Shown: positions 7,631 to 17,511, numbered from the stretch's first letter. The stretch is DNA of 38,888 nucleotides from Nanobdellati archaeon (GCA_013152815.1 JAADFO010000002.1:1-38888), one strand, 5' to 3'. Translations and numbers: made by a program. Notes: generated by a model not told the origin, from the sequence alone.

Positions 7631-8869
7631 ATGGCAACCTCTGAATCACAATACGAAAACGCCCTCGCGAGGGTGAAGAAGGCGTTCGACATCCTCAAGA
7701 TAGACGACCAATATTTTGAGATGCTCAGGGCTCCGAAAAGGACCGTGACCGTGTCGCTCCCGGTCCGCATGGACAACGGGAAGATCCGCATCTTCGAAGG
7801 CTACCGCGTCCAGCACTCAGACCTGCGGGGCCCGAGCAAAGGCGGCATCCGTTTCCACCCTGAAGTCGACATGGACGAGGTCAAGACCCTCGCCTTCCTC
7901 ATGACCTGGAAGAACACGGTCATCGACATCCCCTACGGCGGAGCGAAGGGAGGGGTCATCGTCAACACCAAGGAACTCTCGCTCAATGAGCTGGAACGGC
8001 TCTCAAGGATGTACATCCTCAAGATGGCCGCGGTCCTCGGACCCAAGAGAGACATCCCTGCTCCCGACGTCTACACCAATCCTGCTGTCATGGCCTGGAT
8101 GATGGACGAATACTCCAAGATGATGGGCCACAATGTCTTCGGCGTCATCACCGGCAAACCGGTCGAGCTCGGAGGCTCTTTGGGAAGGGACAAGGCGACA
8201 GCCCAGGGCGGCATCTTCGCCCTCAATGATGCCCTGAAGAAGCTGGAGCTCAAGCCGACGACGGCCGCGGTCCAGGGCTTCGGGAACGCCGGCTATACCT
8301 TCGCGAAGTTCCTGTTCGACGACGGCTTCAAGGTGGTTGCGGTCTCAGACTCCTCAGGAGGGATATATAACGCAGAGGGCTTGCATATCGACCAGGTATG
8401 GGCACACAAGCAGAAGACCGGCAAGGTCCAGGGATTCCCTGGAGCGAAGGACATCACCAACCAGGAGCTGCTCGAGGTCGACGCAGAGGTGCTCGCGCCG
8501 GCAGCGCTCGCCTACCAGATCGACAAGGAGAACGCGAACAATGTCAAGGCCAAGGTCATCGTCGAGCTCGCGAACAACCCCACCGCGCCCGAAGCGGACG
8601 AGATCCTCCACAGGAAGGGCATATTCCTCATCCCGGACATCCTCGCCAACTCAGGAGGGGTCGCAGTCTCCTATTTCGAATGGGTGCAGAACAACCAGGG
8701 CTTCGCATGGACCCGCAAGGAAGTCAACGAGAGGCTCAAGCAGAAGATGGAGCACGCGTTCAACGAGGTGTACAGCCGGGCACAGAAGCATAAGGTGGAT
8801 ATGCGGCTCGCAGCCAACATCTACGCCACCGAGAAGATGGTCAAGGTCATGAAACTCCGGGGCTATTGA
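7631..8869 (+). CDS. gdhA: Glutamate dehydrogenase (Glu/Leu/Phe/Val dehydrogenase family)
   Basis: GPSKGGIRFHP, PYGGAKGG, DIPAPDV, QGFGNAG, PDILANSGGVAVSYFEW motifs. Start moved to ATG 7631. Confidence 0.95.
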   Translation: MATSESQYENALARVKKAFDILKIDDQYFEMLRAPKRTVTVSLPVRMDNGKIRIFEGYRVQHSDLRGPSKGGIRFHPEVDMDEVKTLAFLMTWKNTVIDIPYGGAKGGVIVNTKELSLNELERLSRMYILKMAAVLGPKRDIPAPDVYTNPAVMAWMMDEYSKMMGHNVFGVITGKPVELGGSLGRDKATAQGGIFALNDALKKLELKPTTAAVQGFGNAGYTFAKFLFDDGFKVVAVSDSSGGIYNAEGLHIDQVWAHKQKTGKVQGFPGAKDITNQELLEVDAEVLAPAALAYQIDKENANNVKAKVIVELANNPTAPEADEILHRKGIFLIPDILANSGGVAVSYFEWVQNNQGFAWTRKEVNERLKQKMEHAFNEVYSRAQKHKVDMRLAANIYATEKMVKVMKLRGY

Positions 8870-8889
8870 ACGTCAACCCATCCCTTCTC

Positions 8890-9384
8890 ATGAACGACAG
8901 CTACTATGACGGCATCGCATCCGGCTATGACCAGTTGCATGGAGAGGAACAACAGAAGAAGTTCCTGTTGATCAAGGAACGGTTTCTTTCGCATATCGAC
9001 GTCGAGGACATCGGGCGCGCACTCGACGTTGGCTGCGGGACAGCACCCTATGCTGCGATGATCGGCTTCCCTGTCGAAGGCATCGACCCTTCGGCCGGGC
9101 TGCTCAGGCGATGTCCCTACAGGAAGAAACGGGTCGGCAATGCCGAAGCATTGCCCTACCCTGACCATGCCTTCGACCTGGTCTTCTCCCTGACTGCCAT
9201 ACAGAACTTTGCTGACATCGAGAAAGGGCTGCGGGAGATGCGACGGGTCGGCAAGGAGATGTTCATCCTGAGCTATCTCAAGAGGAGTGAAAAGGCAGAG
9301 CGCATAAAGCAATCCATAGGGCAGCTCTTTACAGTCGAGGAACGTCTCGAAGAGGACAAGGACATCATCCTCCTGTGCAGGTGA
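8890..9384 (+). CDS. Class I SAM-dependent methyltransferase (Methyltransf_11-like)
   Basis: ALDVGCGT, GIDPS, GNAEALPYPDHAFDLV motifs. Start is ATG 8890 or TTG 8866. Confidence 0.85.
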   Translation: MNDSYYDGIASGYDQLHGEEQQKKFLLIKERFLSHIDVEDIGRALDVGCGTAPYAAMIGFPVEGIDPSAGLLRRCPYRKKRVGNAEALPYPDHAFDLVFSLTAIQNFADIEKGLREMRRVGKEMFILSYLKRSEKAERIKQSIGQLFTVEERLEEDKDIILLCR

Positions 9385-9419
9385 CGAAAGCCAGGAAACC
9401 AACACGCCTCTTTCTTCCT

Positions 9420-10001
9420 TCAGCCGAGCGGCACCGGCGGGAGGCTGCTTCCCATGAGACCGAACATCAGAGGGAACACGATTTTCAGCAGACCGAGATA
9501 GAGGGAGATGAACAGCAGGAGATAGAGGGTCGTAAAGGTGACCACGACCGTCAGAAGATCGACCTGGAAGAACTCCATGGTTGCGCGGAACAGGGTCATG
9601 GCCGAAAGGAGAAGCAGGGAAAGGAGGGCGATGCCAGAGAGCACGCCTTTCACGAGCGTCATAGAGAGTTCATCTCCAGGTATCATGCCGATGAGGACGA
9701 CGACAAGGAATCCGAAGGATGAGATATAGTATCCAAGAGACAGGGCAGTCAAGGATTCATAGAACCCTCCCCGTTGGATCAGCACATGCAGGGCAATCTT
9801 TATCAGGAAGGCGATGAACAGGTTTAGCAGGAACACGCCGACGAATACGGTGACAGCCATCTCCCAGTGCTGGGTCATCAGGAATGCGCTGAGGGCGGTC
9901 AGCAGGCTGGCTCCCAGCAAGAGCAGCAGGGTCTTTGTCATGGATCGCTCTGCCTTCGCCCGGGCGATGGCATCCAACGGAAAGAAGATTGCATCAAACA
10001 T
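9420..10001 (-). CDS. Polytopic membrane protein (Yip1-like topology)
   Basis: 193 aa with about 5 hydrophobic helices. GAGGTGA RBS upstream on the minus strand. Confidence 0.75.
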   Translation of the reverse strand: MFDAIFFPLDAIARAKAERSMTKTLLLLLGASLLTALSAFLMTQHWEMAVTVFVGVFLLNLFIAFLIKIALHVLIQRGGFYESLTALSLGYYISSFGFLVVVLIGMIPGDELSMTLVKGVLSGIALLSLLLLSAMTLFRATMEFFQVDLLTVVVTFTTLYLLLFISLYLGLLKIVFPLMFGLMGSSLPPVPLG

Positions 10002-10157
10002 GTCAAAATCACCTCATCGATGTTAACAAATCATTTCTTCCTATAGCAGATCCATATATAAGTGTTTTCATCTATACTTCATCGGTCCAGGGAGGACCGA
10101 ATGGTTCTGTCATAAGCTTTAAATACCATTGATTCCTGAGAGCAGCAGGGAACAGCC

Positions 10158-10886
10158 ATGGAGAACACCAAGGAATTTCTTCGCAACATACCCCGGACCT
10201 TCAACCCGGACACCTATGTCGAATTCTCCAGACGGAGCTTCCGCGAGGCCATCTCTTATTTCATCTCTTTGGTATTGGTCTCCTTCTTCGTCATGATCCT
10301 GCTCTTCCTGCCCAAGGCAGCGTTCCTGCCGTCCATGGTGAGCGAAGAGTTCCAGCATTTCGATACGCTCAGGCTGGTCCCTGAGATCAACATGACGGCA
10401 CCGTTCACCATCAACATCACCGGACCGTTCCTCAGGATCGACACGACCACCAACCACACGGCAAGAGGCGATGAGAGCATCCTCATCACACGGGACAAGG
10501 CATTCTTCAGCCTGTTCTTCAAGGAACACGAAATCACCCTCGACAGCTATGAGGATGTCAAAGGCAACCAGGAGGCCTTCTTCGCCATGTTCTGGATGTT
10601 CCTCGTCCTGATGATGCCAAGCCTCCTCTTCCTGCTCTACATCTTCATGCTCGTGAAATACCTGGCCATCATCCTGCTGTTCTCGGTGATAGCCTATGGC
10701 AGCATACGGCTCGCCAAGAGACGGCTCGGATTCAAGAGGATACTCAACATCGGGCTCTACGGAAGCACGGTCCCGCTTGCCATCGAGGCCATCACCAGAC
10801 CGTATCTGGGCAGCTTCTATCAGATCCCTCTCATCATCTTCATCGTCTATTTCTCGATTGCGGTGATCCTCAATGCCGACCGATGA
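10158..10886 (+). CDS. Membrane protein (DUF1189-like architecture)
   Basis: One TM helix, an extracellular loop with NxT sequons, then 3-4 TM helices. TTTAAATA box at 10118-10125. Confidence 0.7.
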   Translation: MENTKEFLRNIPRTFNPDTYVEFSRRSFREAISYFISLVLVSFFVMILLFLPKAAFLPSMVSEEFQHFDTLRLVPEINMTAPFTINITGPFLRIDTTTNHTARGDESILITRDKAFFSLFFKEHEITLDSYEDVKGNQEAFFAMFWMFLVLMMPSLLFLLYIFMLVKYLAIILLFSVIAYGSIRLAKRRLGFKRILNIGLYGSTVPLAIEAITRPYLGSFYQIPLIIFIVYFSIAVILNADR

Positions 10887-11388
10887 GCTCGGCCAGATTC
10901 TCGGCCCGAGACAGACCGTCCTCATAACCGCCCGGACCGAGAAGACCCCCATCGGCGTCAAGCGGGTGGTGGACGATCTTTATCCCACAGACCATCACTG
11001 CCTGCTCTCTGCAGATCCCTTCCATTACGCCATCGTGCTGCCCGCCGACTCCAAGATGGCCACGACCATCAGGACGAGCAAAAGCTTCTGCGTCAATTTC
11101 CTCTCGCTCCGGTTCGCAGGCGTCATGCATGATGCCCTGCGGAAGGACCCTGACTTCCAGGACAAGTTTGCAGTCCTCAACATCAACAAGACAGAATGCA
11201 GACACATCGATGCCCCCTGCGTCAGGGAAGCGGCGGCCACCATGGAAGTGGAAGTCATGAGCATAGAGGAATTCGGGAAGAACGTATTCATCGCCGGAAA
11301 GGTCCTCCGCCAGACCTTCTCACGTGAAGAGCATCGGCCGTTCCATCTCAGCGGCGGAAGGTTCACTACCACGGAAACCATCCAGTGA
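10873..11388 (+). CDS. Flavin reductase-like (FMN-binding split barrel) protein
   Basis: PRQTVLIT, IRTSKSFCVNFL, DKF, APCVREA, VFIAGKV pattern. Confidence 0.8.
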   Translation: MPTDELGQILGPRQTVLITARTEKTPIGVKRVVDDLYPTDHHCLLSADPFHYAIVLPADSKMATTIRTSKSFCVNFLSLRFAGVMHDALRKDPDFQDKFAVLNINKTECRHIDAPCVREAAATMEVEVMSIEEFGKNVFIAGKVLRQTFSREEHRPFHLSGGRFTTTETIQ

Positions 11389-11528
11389 GAAGGAAAAGCA
11401 CAACAAGGAAGGCAAACGTTAACTATATATATAGCATCCTAGGAAGGAACTAACAACGAGAAAGGAAAGAAGGCAGAGAAGCGACATCACAGACAACATC
11501 AAAAAAGAAAACAAACGAGGGAGAACAC

Positions 11529-12575
11529 ATGGATCATGAAGACAAGGTCAAAGAACTCGCAGCAACGTTGAAGAGATCAGGACTCGCCGCATCGCTCATG
11601 GAGGCGATGGAACGTGCCAAGGCCATCCTTTCTGTCAAGAAGCCCAAGCCAGAGCCTCAACAGGAGCTTCCGACAGGAGAGAAGAACATCCTTGCGGAAG
11701 ACAAGACGCTCCAGGAGCTCATGGACCAGGATGCCCAGGAAGTCTACAGCAAGGACAAGGAAAGGAAGATGCCCTCTGCTGAGACGCCCACAGAGACAGC
11801 GGCTTCCCGGAAGGATGCTCCCGAAGAAGAAGCTCATGAAGAAAGACCGACCCTGACAGAAGAGACAGGACAGCCAAGGCAGGATGCGAGTGAACCTGTT
11901 GCTGAGCAACAGCCAGCCGAAGCAGACCATGCTGATGTCCAAGAAGACAGGACAGCATCGCAGCCTCACCGACCCGAACATTCCGACGGTTCACCTGATG
12001 AACCGATCGTGGCCATCCAGGAGGATCTCAACGAGATAAAGGAAGAGCTGAAGGCAGAGGAAGAGACCATCCATGAGGAGACAGAGACCAGACCCCTGAC
12101 TTCAGGGGTTGTTGCAGAGGAACCTGTCCCTGCAGAGCCTGCTGCACCCGCTGTCCAGGAAGCACAGGAAGATGCGGTTCCACAAACACAAAAAGAGCCT
12201 GCAGACACCCAGGAACAGGAGCCTGCGATGCCAGAGGCAGAAGAACCGACAGCAGAGGTCCGGGAAGAACAGGCAGCAGAAGCCGGACGGCAGGACACAG
12301 GAGAAAGCCCTTTCATCGTTGAAGAGCATGATGCCGAGAGCAGAAGAGCTGACGGACAGGCTGAACAGGCAGCAGAGGCGAGAGAGGATGCACAGATAGA
12401 AGAGGAACTCCCGCCCTCACCAGAACCGCCTGCGGGAACAGCCGCTCCAGGACTGTCCGGAACAGGAATGGCCGGCCCGGAACAACCAGCAGCAGAGACA
12501 GACAAGACCGAAGAACCTTTCATCGTCAGGACAGAGGAAGAGCTTGAAGAGGAGAAGGCGCAAGAACATCCATAG
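11529..12575 (+). CDS. Acidic, largely disordered protein with short helical N-terminal domain
   Basis: 348 aa, E/P/A/Q-rich. N-terminal helical segment DKVKELAATLKRSGLAASLMEAMERAKAIL. GAGGGAG RBS. Confidence 0.8.
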   Translation: MDHEDKVKELAATLKRSGLAASLMEAMERAKAILSVKKPKPEPQQELPTGEKNILAEDKTLQELMDQDAQEVYSKDKERKMPSAETPTETAASRKDAPEEEAHEERPTLTEETGQPRQDASEPVAEQQPAEADHADVQEDRTASQPHRPEHSDGSPDEPIVAIQEDLNEIKEELKAEEETIHEETETRPLTSGVVAEEPVPAEPAAPAVQEAQEDAVPQTQKEPADTQEQEPAMPEAEEPTAEVREEQAAEAGRQDTGESPFIVEEHDAESRRADGQAEQAAEAREDAQIEEELPPSPEPPAGTAAPGLSGTGMAGPEQPAAETDKTEEPFIVRTEEELEEEKAQEHP

Positions 12576-12770
12576 GAGCATATCGTCCAGCTCAACACGT
12601 TCTCACAGCTATTGTTTGTTCTTTGATATCTTTGATACATCGTCTTCCGGAGAGGAGAAAAAGCAGGAAGACCATCAAAGAATAGTAACATTTAAATAAT
12701 CGTATTGACTACTCAGTGGTTACATCATGTAGAGATGACAGGATAATCCCTATAGTGACTTCAATGATGG

Positions 12771-12797
12771 AAAGAAGGCCAGAACGGCCTTCTTTTT
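12771..12797 (+). terminator. GC hairpin followed by T-tract upstream of the S-layer-like gene
   Basis: AAAGAAGGCC-AGAAC-GGCCTTCTTT followed by TT. Confidence 0.45.
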
Positions 12798-12859
12798 ATG
12801 TTTAAACGCAAAAGGCCCTTAGAAATCATAAAAATAAAAACCGTACGGGTGAAAGCAAC

Positions 12860-14908
12860 ATGAAAAAAACCTTTTTGTTCGGAATTGTTCTTTTCCTGAT
12901 CACGGTCAGTTCAGCCTTCGCCGCTGATGACCTAACCATCTCAGGAACCCCGGGTCTGCTGACCGCAAACCCCGGAGACACGGTGAACACCAGTTTTCTG
13001 CTGACCAACAGCGGCACCACAGATCTCAACCTCACCTTCGCTCCGCTCACCCTCACGCAGGGGATCGAGAGCTTCACCGGCACACTGACACCGGTCACCA
13101 CCGAGAACTTCATCGCCGGCTCCACCCAGCTGGTGAACATCAGCATGCTGCTCGGAGCCGACCAGTTCGCCGGAACCTATGCAGGCACCGTTGAAGTCAG
13201 CGGCGGCAATGCAAGCGACTCCTTCACCCTCCAGGTGAGCGTCAACGCAGAACCCTCTGCCACCATGAACGACCTGAGCATGACCATCATCCAGGGGAAT
13301 GCCGGGACCGGCCTCCTGACCGTCACCAACACAGGCAACACCGTCTACGGAGCAAATCTCGTCTCCGGCAACCTGGTGGGCCTCAATCCTGCCAATGTCA
13401 TCTCATCTGCAGCAGTCATCTTTGATGATGCGGTCTTCGACGTCGCCTATGGCTCGTCCCACTCCACCGGCATGACGGTGACCATCCCCTCGGGAGCTGC
13501 AGCAGACACCTATACCGCAACCCTCAGCTGCTCGGCATGCGCCTCCACTCTCACCTCAACCTTGACAGTCACGGTGCAAGAGCCTGTCGCGACACTGAGC
13601 CTGTCTAAAAGTACACTGGAGTTCAAGGAGAAGCCCGGCCAGACCTTCTCAGGGACCATAACGGTCACCAACGACGGAAGCGTCAACCTGGTAGACATCA
13701 CGCCGGTGTTCAGCGGACTCTCCGCCTACAACATCACCACCGATGCAGGGACGTTCTCCCTCAACATCGGCCAGACCAAGCTGGTCACCATCAAGGGAAG
13801 CATCCCTGTCGATGCAGACATCGAGCAGAGCCCCTTCACAGGCGACCTCACCTTCAGCAACAGCCTCGCCAGCGCAAGCACAGGAATCAAGCTCTACGCT
13901 GAGAACCAGCTCGAGCTGAAAAAGTTCGACATCTACGTGAACAACAAGCACGAACGGGTCAGCGACGGCGAGACCATCGACAACATCAAGCCCGGAGACA
14001 CCATCCGCTTCAAGGGCGAGGTCGAGAACACCTGGTCCACCTCAAGAACAGAGGACAAGGACATCAACGACATCGAAGCAGACCTGTTCGTCGAGAACAT
14101 CGATGACAGCGACGACATCGATGAGACCCTCGACATCAATGACCTCAACGCCAGGGATACGGACACCTTCGAGTACACATTTGTGGTCCCCCTGAACACG
14201 GATGAGGACACCTTCGACGGCTATGTCATACTTCGGGGAGAGGACGATGACAACGCCCGGCACTACTACAGGCTGGACTTCTCGCTCAAGGTCGAGCGGG
14301 ACCGGAACGACATCAAGCTCAGCGACATCGTCGTGCAGCCCCAGACCCTTTCCTGCGACAGGAGCTTCTCCGTGGATGCGAGAATCATCAACATCGGACG
14401 GGACACCCAGAGGAACGTTGTCCTCGAGGTGAAGAGTTCCCAGCTTAACATCCAGCAGCAGGAGACCGGTATCAGGCTGTCTGACAACCCTGACGACAGC
14501 GATAACGAGTTCGAGAAGAACTTCCTCCTGAGCATACCGGATACCCAGAGGGCAGGCACCTACCGGCTCAACATCAACGCCTATCTTGACAGGACATCGC
14601 TGGCCGATTTCAAGACCGCGGACATCATCGTCAAGGATTGCGCCACCCAGGAACCGACAGGAACCACCGGAAACGAGGGCACAGGACAGACGAACGAGAA
14701 CGCGGGCAGTGGCAACGGCAACGTGAAGGTCATCACTTCCCCGACCACCACGACCACCGAGATCCCCGACGTGTCGGTCATCGCACAGCCTGTCCAGAAA
14801 GAGACCAGCTTCACCGACACCTCAGCCTACATCGTGCTGCTCGGCTTCATCGCCCTGCTGCTCCTGGTCGGCGTGATCTCTCTGTTGGTGCTCCTGTTCA
14901 AGAAATAG
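12860..14908 (+). CDS. Putative S-layer / Ig-fold cell-surface protein
   Basis: 682 aa with a signal peptide (SSAFA), repeated xxNxGxxxL Ig-like modules, NxS/T sequons, a T/G/N-rich linker, and a C-terminal TM anchor ending KK. Strong codon bias. GGTGA RBS. Confidence 0.75.
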   Translation: MKKTFLFGIVLFLITVSSAFAADDLTISGTPGLLTANPGDTVNTSFLLTNSGTTDLNLTFAPLTLTQGIESFTGTLTPVTTENFIAGSTQLVNISMLLGADQFAGTYAGTVEVSGGNASDSFTLQVSVNAEPSATMNDLSMTIIQGNAGTGLLTVTNTGNTVYGANLVSGNLVGLNPANVISSAAVIFDDAVFDVAYGSSHSTGMTVTIPSGAAADTYTATLSCSACASTLTSTLTVTVQEPVATLSLSKSTLEFKEKPGQTFSGTITVTNDGSVNLVDITPVFSGLSAYNITTDAGTFSLNIGQTKLVTIKGSIPVDADIEQSPFTGDLTFSNSLASASTGIKLYAENQLELKKFDIYVNNKHERVSDGETIDNIKPGDTIRFKGEVENTWSTSRTEDKDINDIEADLFVENIDDSDDIDETLDINDLNARDTDTFEYTFVVPLNTDEDTFDGYVILRGEDDDNARHYYRLDFSLKVERDRNDIKLSDIVVQPQTLSCDRSFSVDARIINIGRDTQRNVVLEVKSSQLNIQQQETGIRLSDNPDDSDNEFEKNFLLSIPDTQRAGTYRLNINAYLDRTSLADFKTADIIVKDCATQEPTGTTGNEGTGQTNENAGSGNGNVKVITSPTTTTTEIPDVSVIAQPVQKETSFTDTSAYIVLLGFIALLLLVGVISLLVLLFKK

Positions 14909-15636
14909 GACCCTTTTTTCTTTTTTTCTTCTTTCTTTTTCTTATCATCTATCTTTCTTTGCCTGTTCTTCTTTGCCTGTTCTTCTTTGCCTGTTCTTCT
15001 TTGCCTGTTCTTCTTTACCTGTTCTTTATCTCTGTTTCCTGCTTCGCACCGCCTCTGACGGTCAGGAAGCATCCGCACGTTGAGCTCAAACCTGTCGATG
15101 CGCCTGCTGTTCTCCTGCAGCTTGCCGTTCGCTATCTTTGTCAGGATACGCAGGTAGAGCTCTTCCACGATGAGCCCGCCGTCCCTGCCGACGATGGTGT
15201 CGAAGGCATCGGAACCCCTGATCTCGAGGACGATGTTGCGCCTGCCGGTGATGCCTGAATGCTTGAACCCTGCCCGTTGGCCCGCATCCAGAAGGGCATA
15301 GGCAGCTTCCATATCCCTGCAACGGACATGGAGGATGAAGCCCTCCTGGCGGAACCAGAGCTCTCCTGCGAACGGCTTTCTTGCAGCCATGATGAGCTGC
15401 TCCTCATCTGCAGGGTCATGGGTCTTGAAGGACCATGCCGCCTGATCCTTCCGGGAAGATGCCTTGGCGATGAGCTGGATCCGACCGGCGCAGGATGATG
15501 TGGTGCAATAATCGTCATCGGCGTTGAGAAGGCCGATGAGCCGGACAATCGCAGAGTCTATCCTGCCTTCTCTCGACTTGTCCTTCCTTGCGAGGACATC
15601 GCGTTTCATCTTCAGGAAGGGGTCTTGGGGCGCCAT
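14827..15636 (-). CDS. taw3: tRNA wybutosine-synthesis methyltransferase Taw3/Tyw3 with repeat-derived basic tail
   Basis: DKSREGRID, YCTTSSCAGRI, ILHVRCR, AGFKHSGI motifs. Start at ATG 15636, about 25 nt after TTTATAT. The C-terminus runs through a 14-bp repeat and overlaps the S-layer gene end. Confidence 0.9.
   Translation of the reverse strand: MAPQDPFLKMKRDVLARKDKSREGRIDSAIVRLIGLLNADDDYCTTSSCAGRIQLIAKASSRKDQAAWSFKTHDPADEEQLIMAARKPFAGELWFRQEGFILHVRCRDMEAAYALLDAGQRAGFKHSGITGRRNIVLEIRGSDAFDTIVGRDGGLIVEELYLRILTKIANGKLQENSRRIDRFELNVRMLPDRQRRCEAGNRDKEQVKKNRQRRTGKEEQAKKNRQRKIDDKKKKEEKKKKGSYFLNRSTNREITPTRSSRAMKPSSTM
14957..15026. repeat. Tandem repeat, 5 x 14 bp (CTTTGCCTGTTCTT)
   Basis: Four exact units plus one with a G>A change. 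Confidence 0.95.
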
Positions 15637-15760
15637 GGAAGATGACCAGGGGACAGGAACGATATAAATCTTGCTCTGGCGAGAAGCGAGAAAATAGCGC
15701 ATACTCCAGGAGACCATGACCGCCAATACCAACCTCTGACCCATGAAGAACGATGACCGA

Positions 15761-16597
15761 TCATGACTTCTTCGCTTTGTCATGGCCTTTCTTGCGTTCG
15801 ATGATCCTCTTCATGTCACGGACGAAATCAGTCGCCTCTTTCTTGTAGCGGTCGAACTCCTGTCCCGAGACGGTCTTGAGCTCCCGATGGGTGATCATCT
15901 TCATGAGCCTGTAGAATTCGCGCATGGTCTGGGCATGGCTCTCATGGGCAAGTTTTTTCGGGACCAGCTCTTCCTCGATCATCTTCGCCACCTGGTCAGG
16001 CGAAGGCGGCAGCTTTCCCCGGCTCATCAGGGCGGCATGGGCAGCATCGATGACCGCCCAGTAGAGGTCGATGCACCCCTGAAGAAGATGCCATTCTGCG
16101 TTCGTTATGGTGACCGGGGCCCTGCTGTAGTAGACCCAGACCGCCTCCTTGGAAGGCCGTATCTGGCCAGCATAGAGCAGCCGCTGCAGCGGGTCGAAGA
16201 ACCCTGTATCGATGATGGCGACACCGTCGCGGAGTATGTTGATGATGAGGGGATCGCCTGCACGGGCATAGTCCCAGAAGGTCGCGAAACGGAGGGTCGT
16301 CAGGTGGATCTTCGGAGAGACGGTCTTGATGATCTTGGCCATCATGATCTTATAGGTCTGGATCATCGGGGGATTGAGCTCCAGGCTCACGTCATCGATG
16401 ACCACCAGCATGTCGATGTCTCCATGGGGATGGTCCTGCCTGCGTGAGGTGGCCCCGAAAAGGACGATGGCCTTGACGAGCTGCCCCATCTCCTTGTGCA
16501 CAGCCCCGGAGAAACGATATGCAGTATCCAGATGAGTCGGATGGTACCGCGATTGATTGTCCTGTCTAGAACGATTCTTTTTCACTGGGAACTCCAT
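15761..16597 (-). CDS. Nucleotidyltransferase (MNT) - HEPN fusion protein
   Basis: AIVLFGA...GDIDML (Pol-beta-like NTase with DxD). Helical C-terminal domain with LYWAVIDAAHAAL and RLMKMITH (Rx6H). Confidence 0.75.
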   Translation of the reverse strand: MEFPVKKNRSRQDNQSRYHPTHLDTAYRFSGAVHKEMGQLVKAIVLFGATSRRQDHPHGDIDMLVVIDDVSLELNPPMIQTYKIMMAKIIKTVSPKIHLTTLRFATFWDYARAGDPLIINILRDGVAIIDTGFFDPLQRLLYAGQIRPSKEAVWVYYSRAPVTITNAEWHLLQGCIDLYWAVIDAAHAALMSRGKLPPSPDQVAKMIEEELVPKKLAHESHAQTMREFYRLMKMITHRELKTVSGQEFDRYKKEATDFVRDMKRIIERKKGHDKAKKS

Positions 16598-16800
16598 AGG
16601 GCTCCAATGTGCTGGAAGGTTTATTAAGTTTTATGACTATCCGGGAATGGTGGCCATCCCGGAGAAGAAGAGCAGACCGGGCCTGAGCTGTCGGGGATTC
16701 GGCAAAGACAGGAAAGACATTAATACCTGGAAAGAGGAGAACATAGGACGTTTACCAAGAAAGTTCACAAAAAAAGACCAGAAAGATATCGGGGAGGACG

Positions 16801-17511
16801 ATGCACGCGGGAACAGATGAGCAGGGACAGGCACAGGAGGAGGCACCGGAACCGTCCCCGAAGCTCGGGAGCAGGATGCAGCACATCCAGCTGCTGCTGG
16901 TCAAGCAAGGCGCCAAGCCTGCTCTGAGGATGGTCATCTCTGAGGAGCAGCTTCCAGGACTCAGTGGGTTCTGTCGGCAACAGGGCCTTGCTCTGGTGAC
17001 CAGCGGGAGGAAAGTGAAAGTCCTGGGCATCCCCGGCAAGAATGAAGGATATGTGGACAAGGGAGTGGCCATCCCGAGAGATGATCCTGCCCCCGGCAGG
17101 CCCATCGTGTTCATCGCACAGGACATGAACACCGCAGTGGCCCTCAAGGCAGCCGAGGACCTCGGGAACCATGATGAGATGGGCCGGCTCCTTGGCTATC
17201 CATCCTGCTGCATCAGGTTCTTCGGCGAACATCTTGAGGATCAACGAGAAGGGGACCTCAGTTTTCTCAGACCCATGATGCTCGCATCAGCCAAGACTAC
17301 CTATCCGAAAACCATGAACATCTTCGCCCGACACCAGGATGCGGCAGTGCTGTTCCACTGCCCCTGTTCACTGGACTGCGCACCCAGTCAGCGCATGGCA
17401 CAACAGTATCTGCACATCATAGAAGAGCAGGAACCTGCACTCGCTGAGAGCATTGATGCACAGCTACAGGGGACGGTCGAGCAGGACGGTCATTCCTATC
17501 GCTTCGTCTGA
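16801..17511 (+). CDS. DUF483-like hypothetical protein
   Basis: KPALR, GRLLGYPSCC and HCPCSLDC motifs. GGAGG RBS. Confidence 0.65.
   Translation: MHAGTDEQGQAQEEAPEPSPKLGSRMQHIQLLLVKQGAKPALRMVISEEQLPGLSGFCRQQGLALVTSGRKVKVLGIPGKNEGYVDKGVAIPRDDPAPGRPIVFIAQDMNTAVALKAAEDLGNHDEMGRLLGYPSCCIRFFGEHLEDQREGDLSFLRPMMLASAKTTYPKTMNIFARHQDAAVLFHCPCSLDCAPSQRMAQQYLHIIEEQEPALAESIDAQLQGTVEQDGHSYRFV

Noticed and set aside
12720..12770. Fluoride riboswitch or C/D box sRNA
   Set aside because: No convincing consensus: no paired C box and CUGA D box, and no crcB-motif pseudoknot.
14957..15026. Possible CRISPR array
   Set aside because: The 14-bp units are head-to-tail with no spacers, and there are no cas genes in the window.
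15637..15783. Long N-terminal extensions in the ORF track (taw3, gdhA, purM, 17496-18284, 27072-27755, 34170-35528)
   Set aside because: They run through TATA boxes or neighbouring genes. Downstream ATGs fit family starts and promoter spacing better.
16640..16663. Hairpin CCGGGA-ATGG-TGG-CCAT-CCCGG in a divergent promoter region
   Set aside because: It is a single isolated stem with no second copy or recognisable motif.
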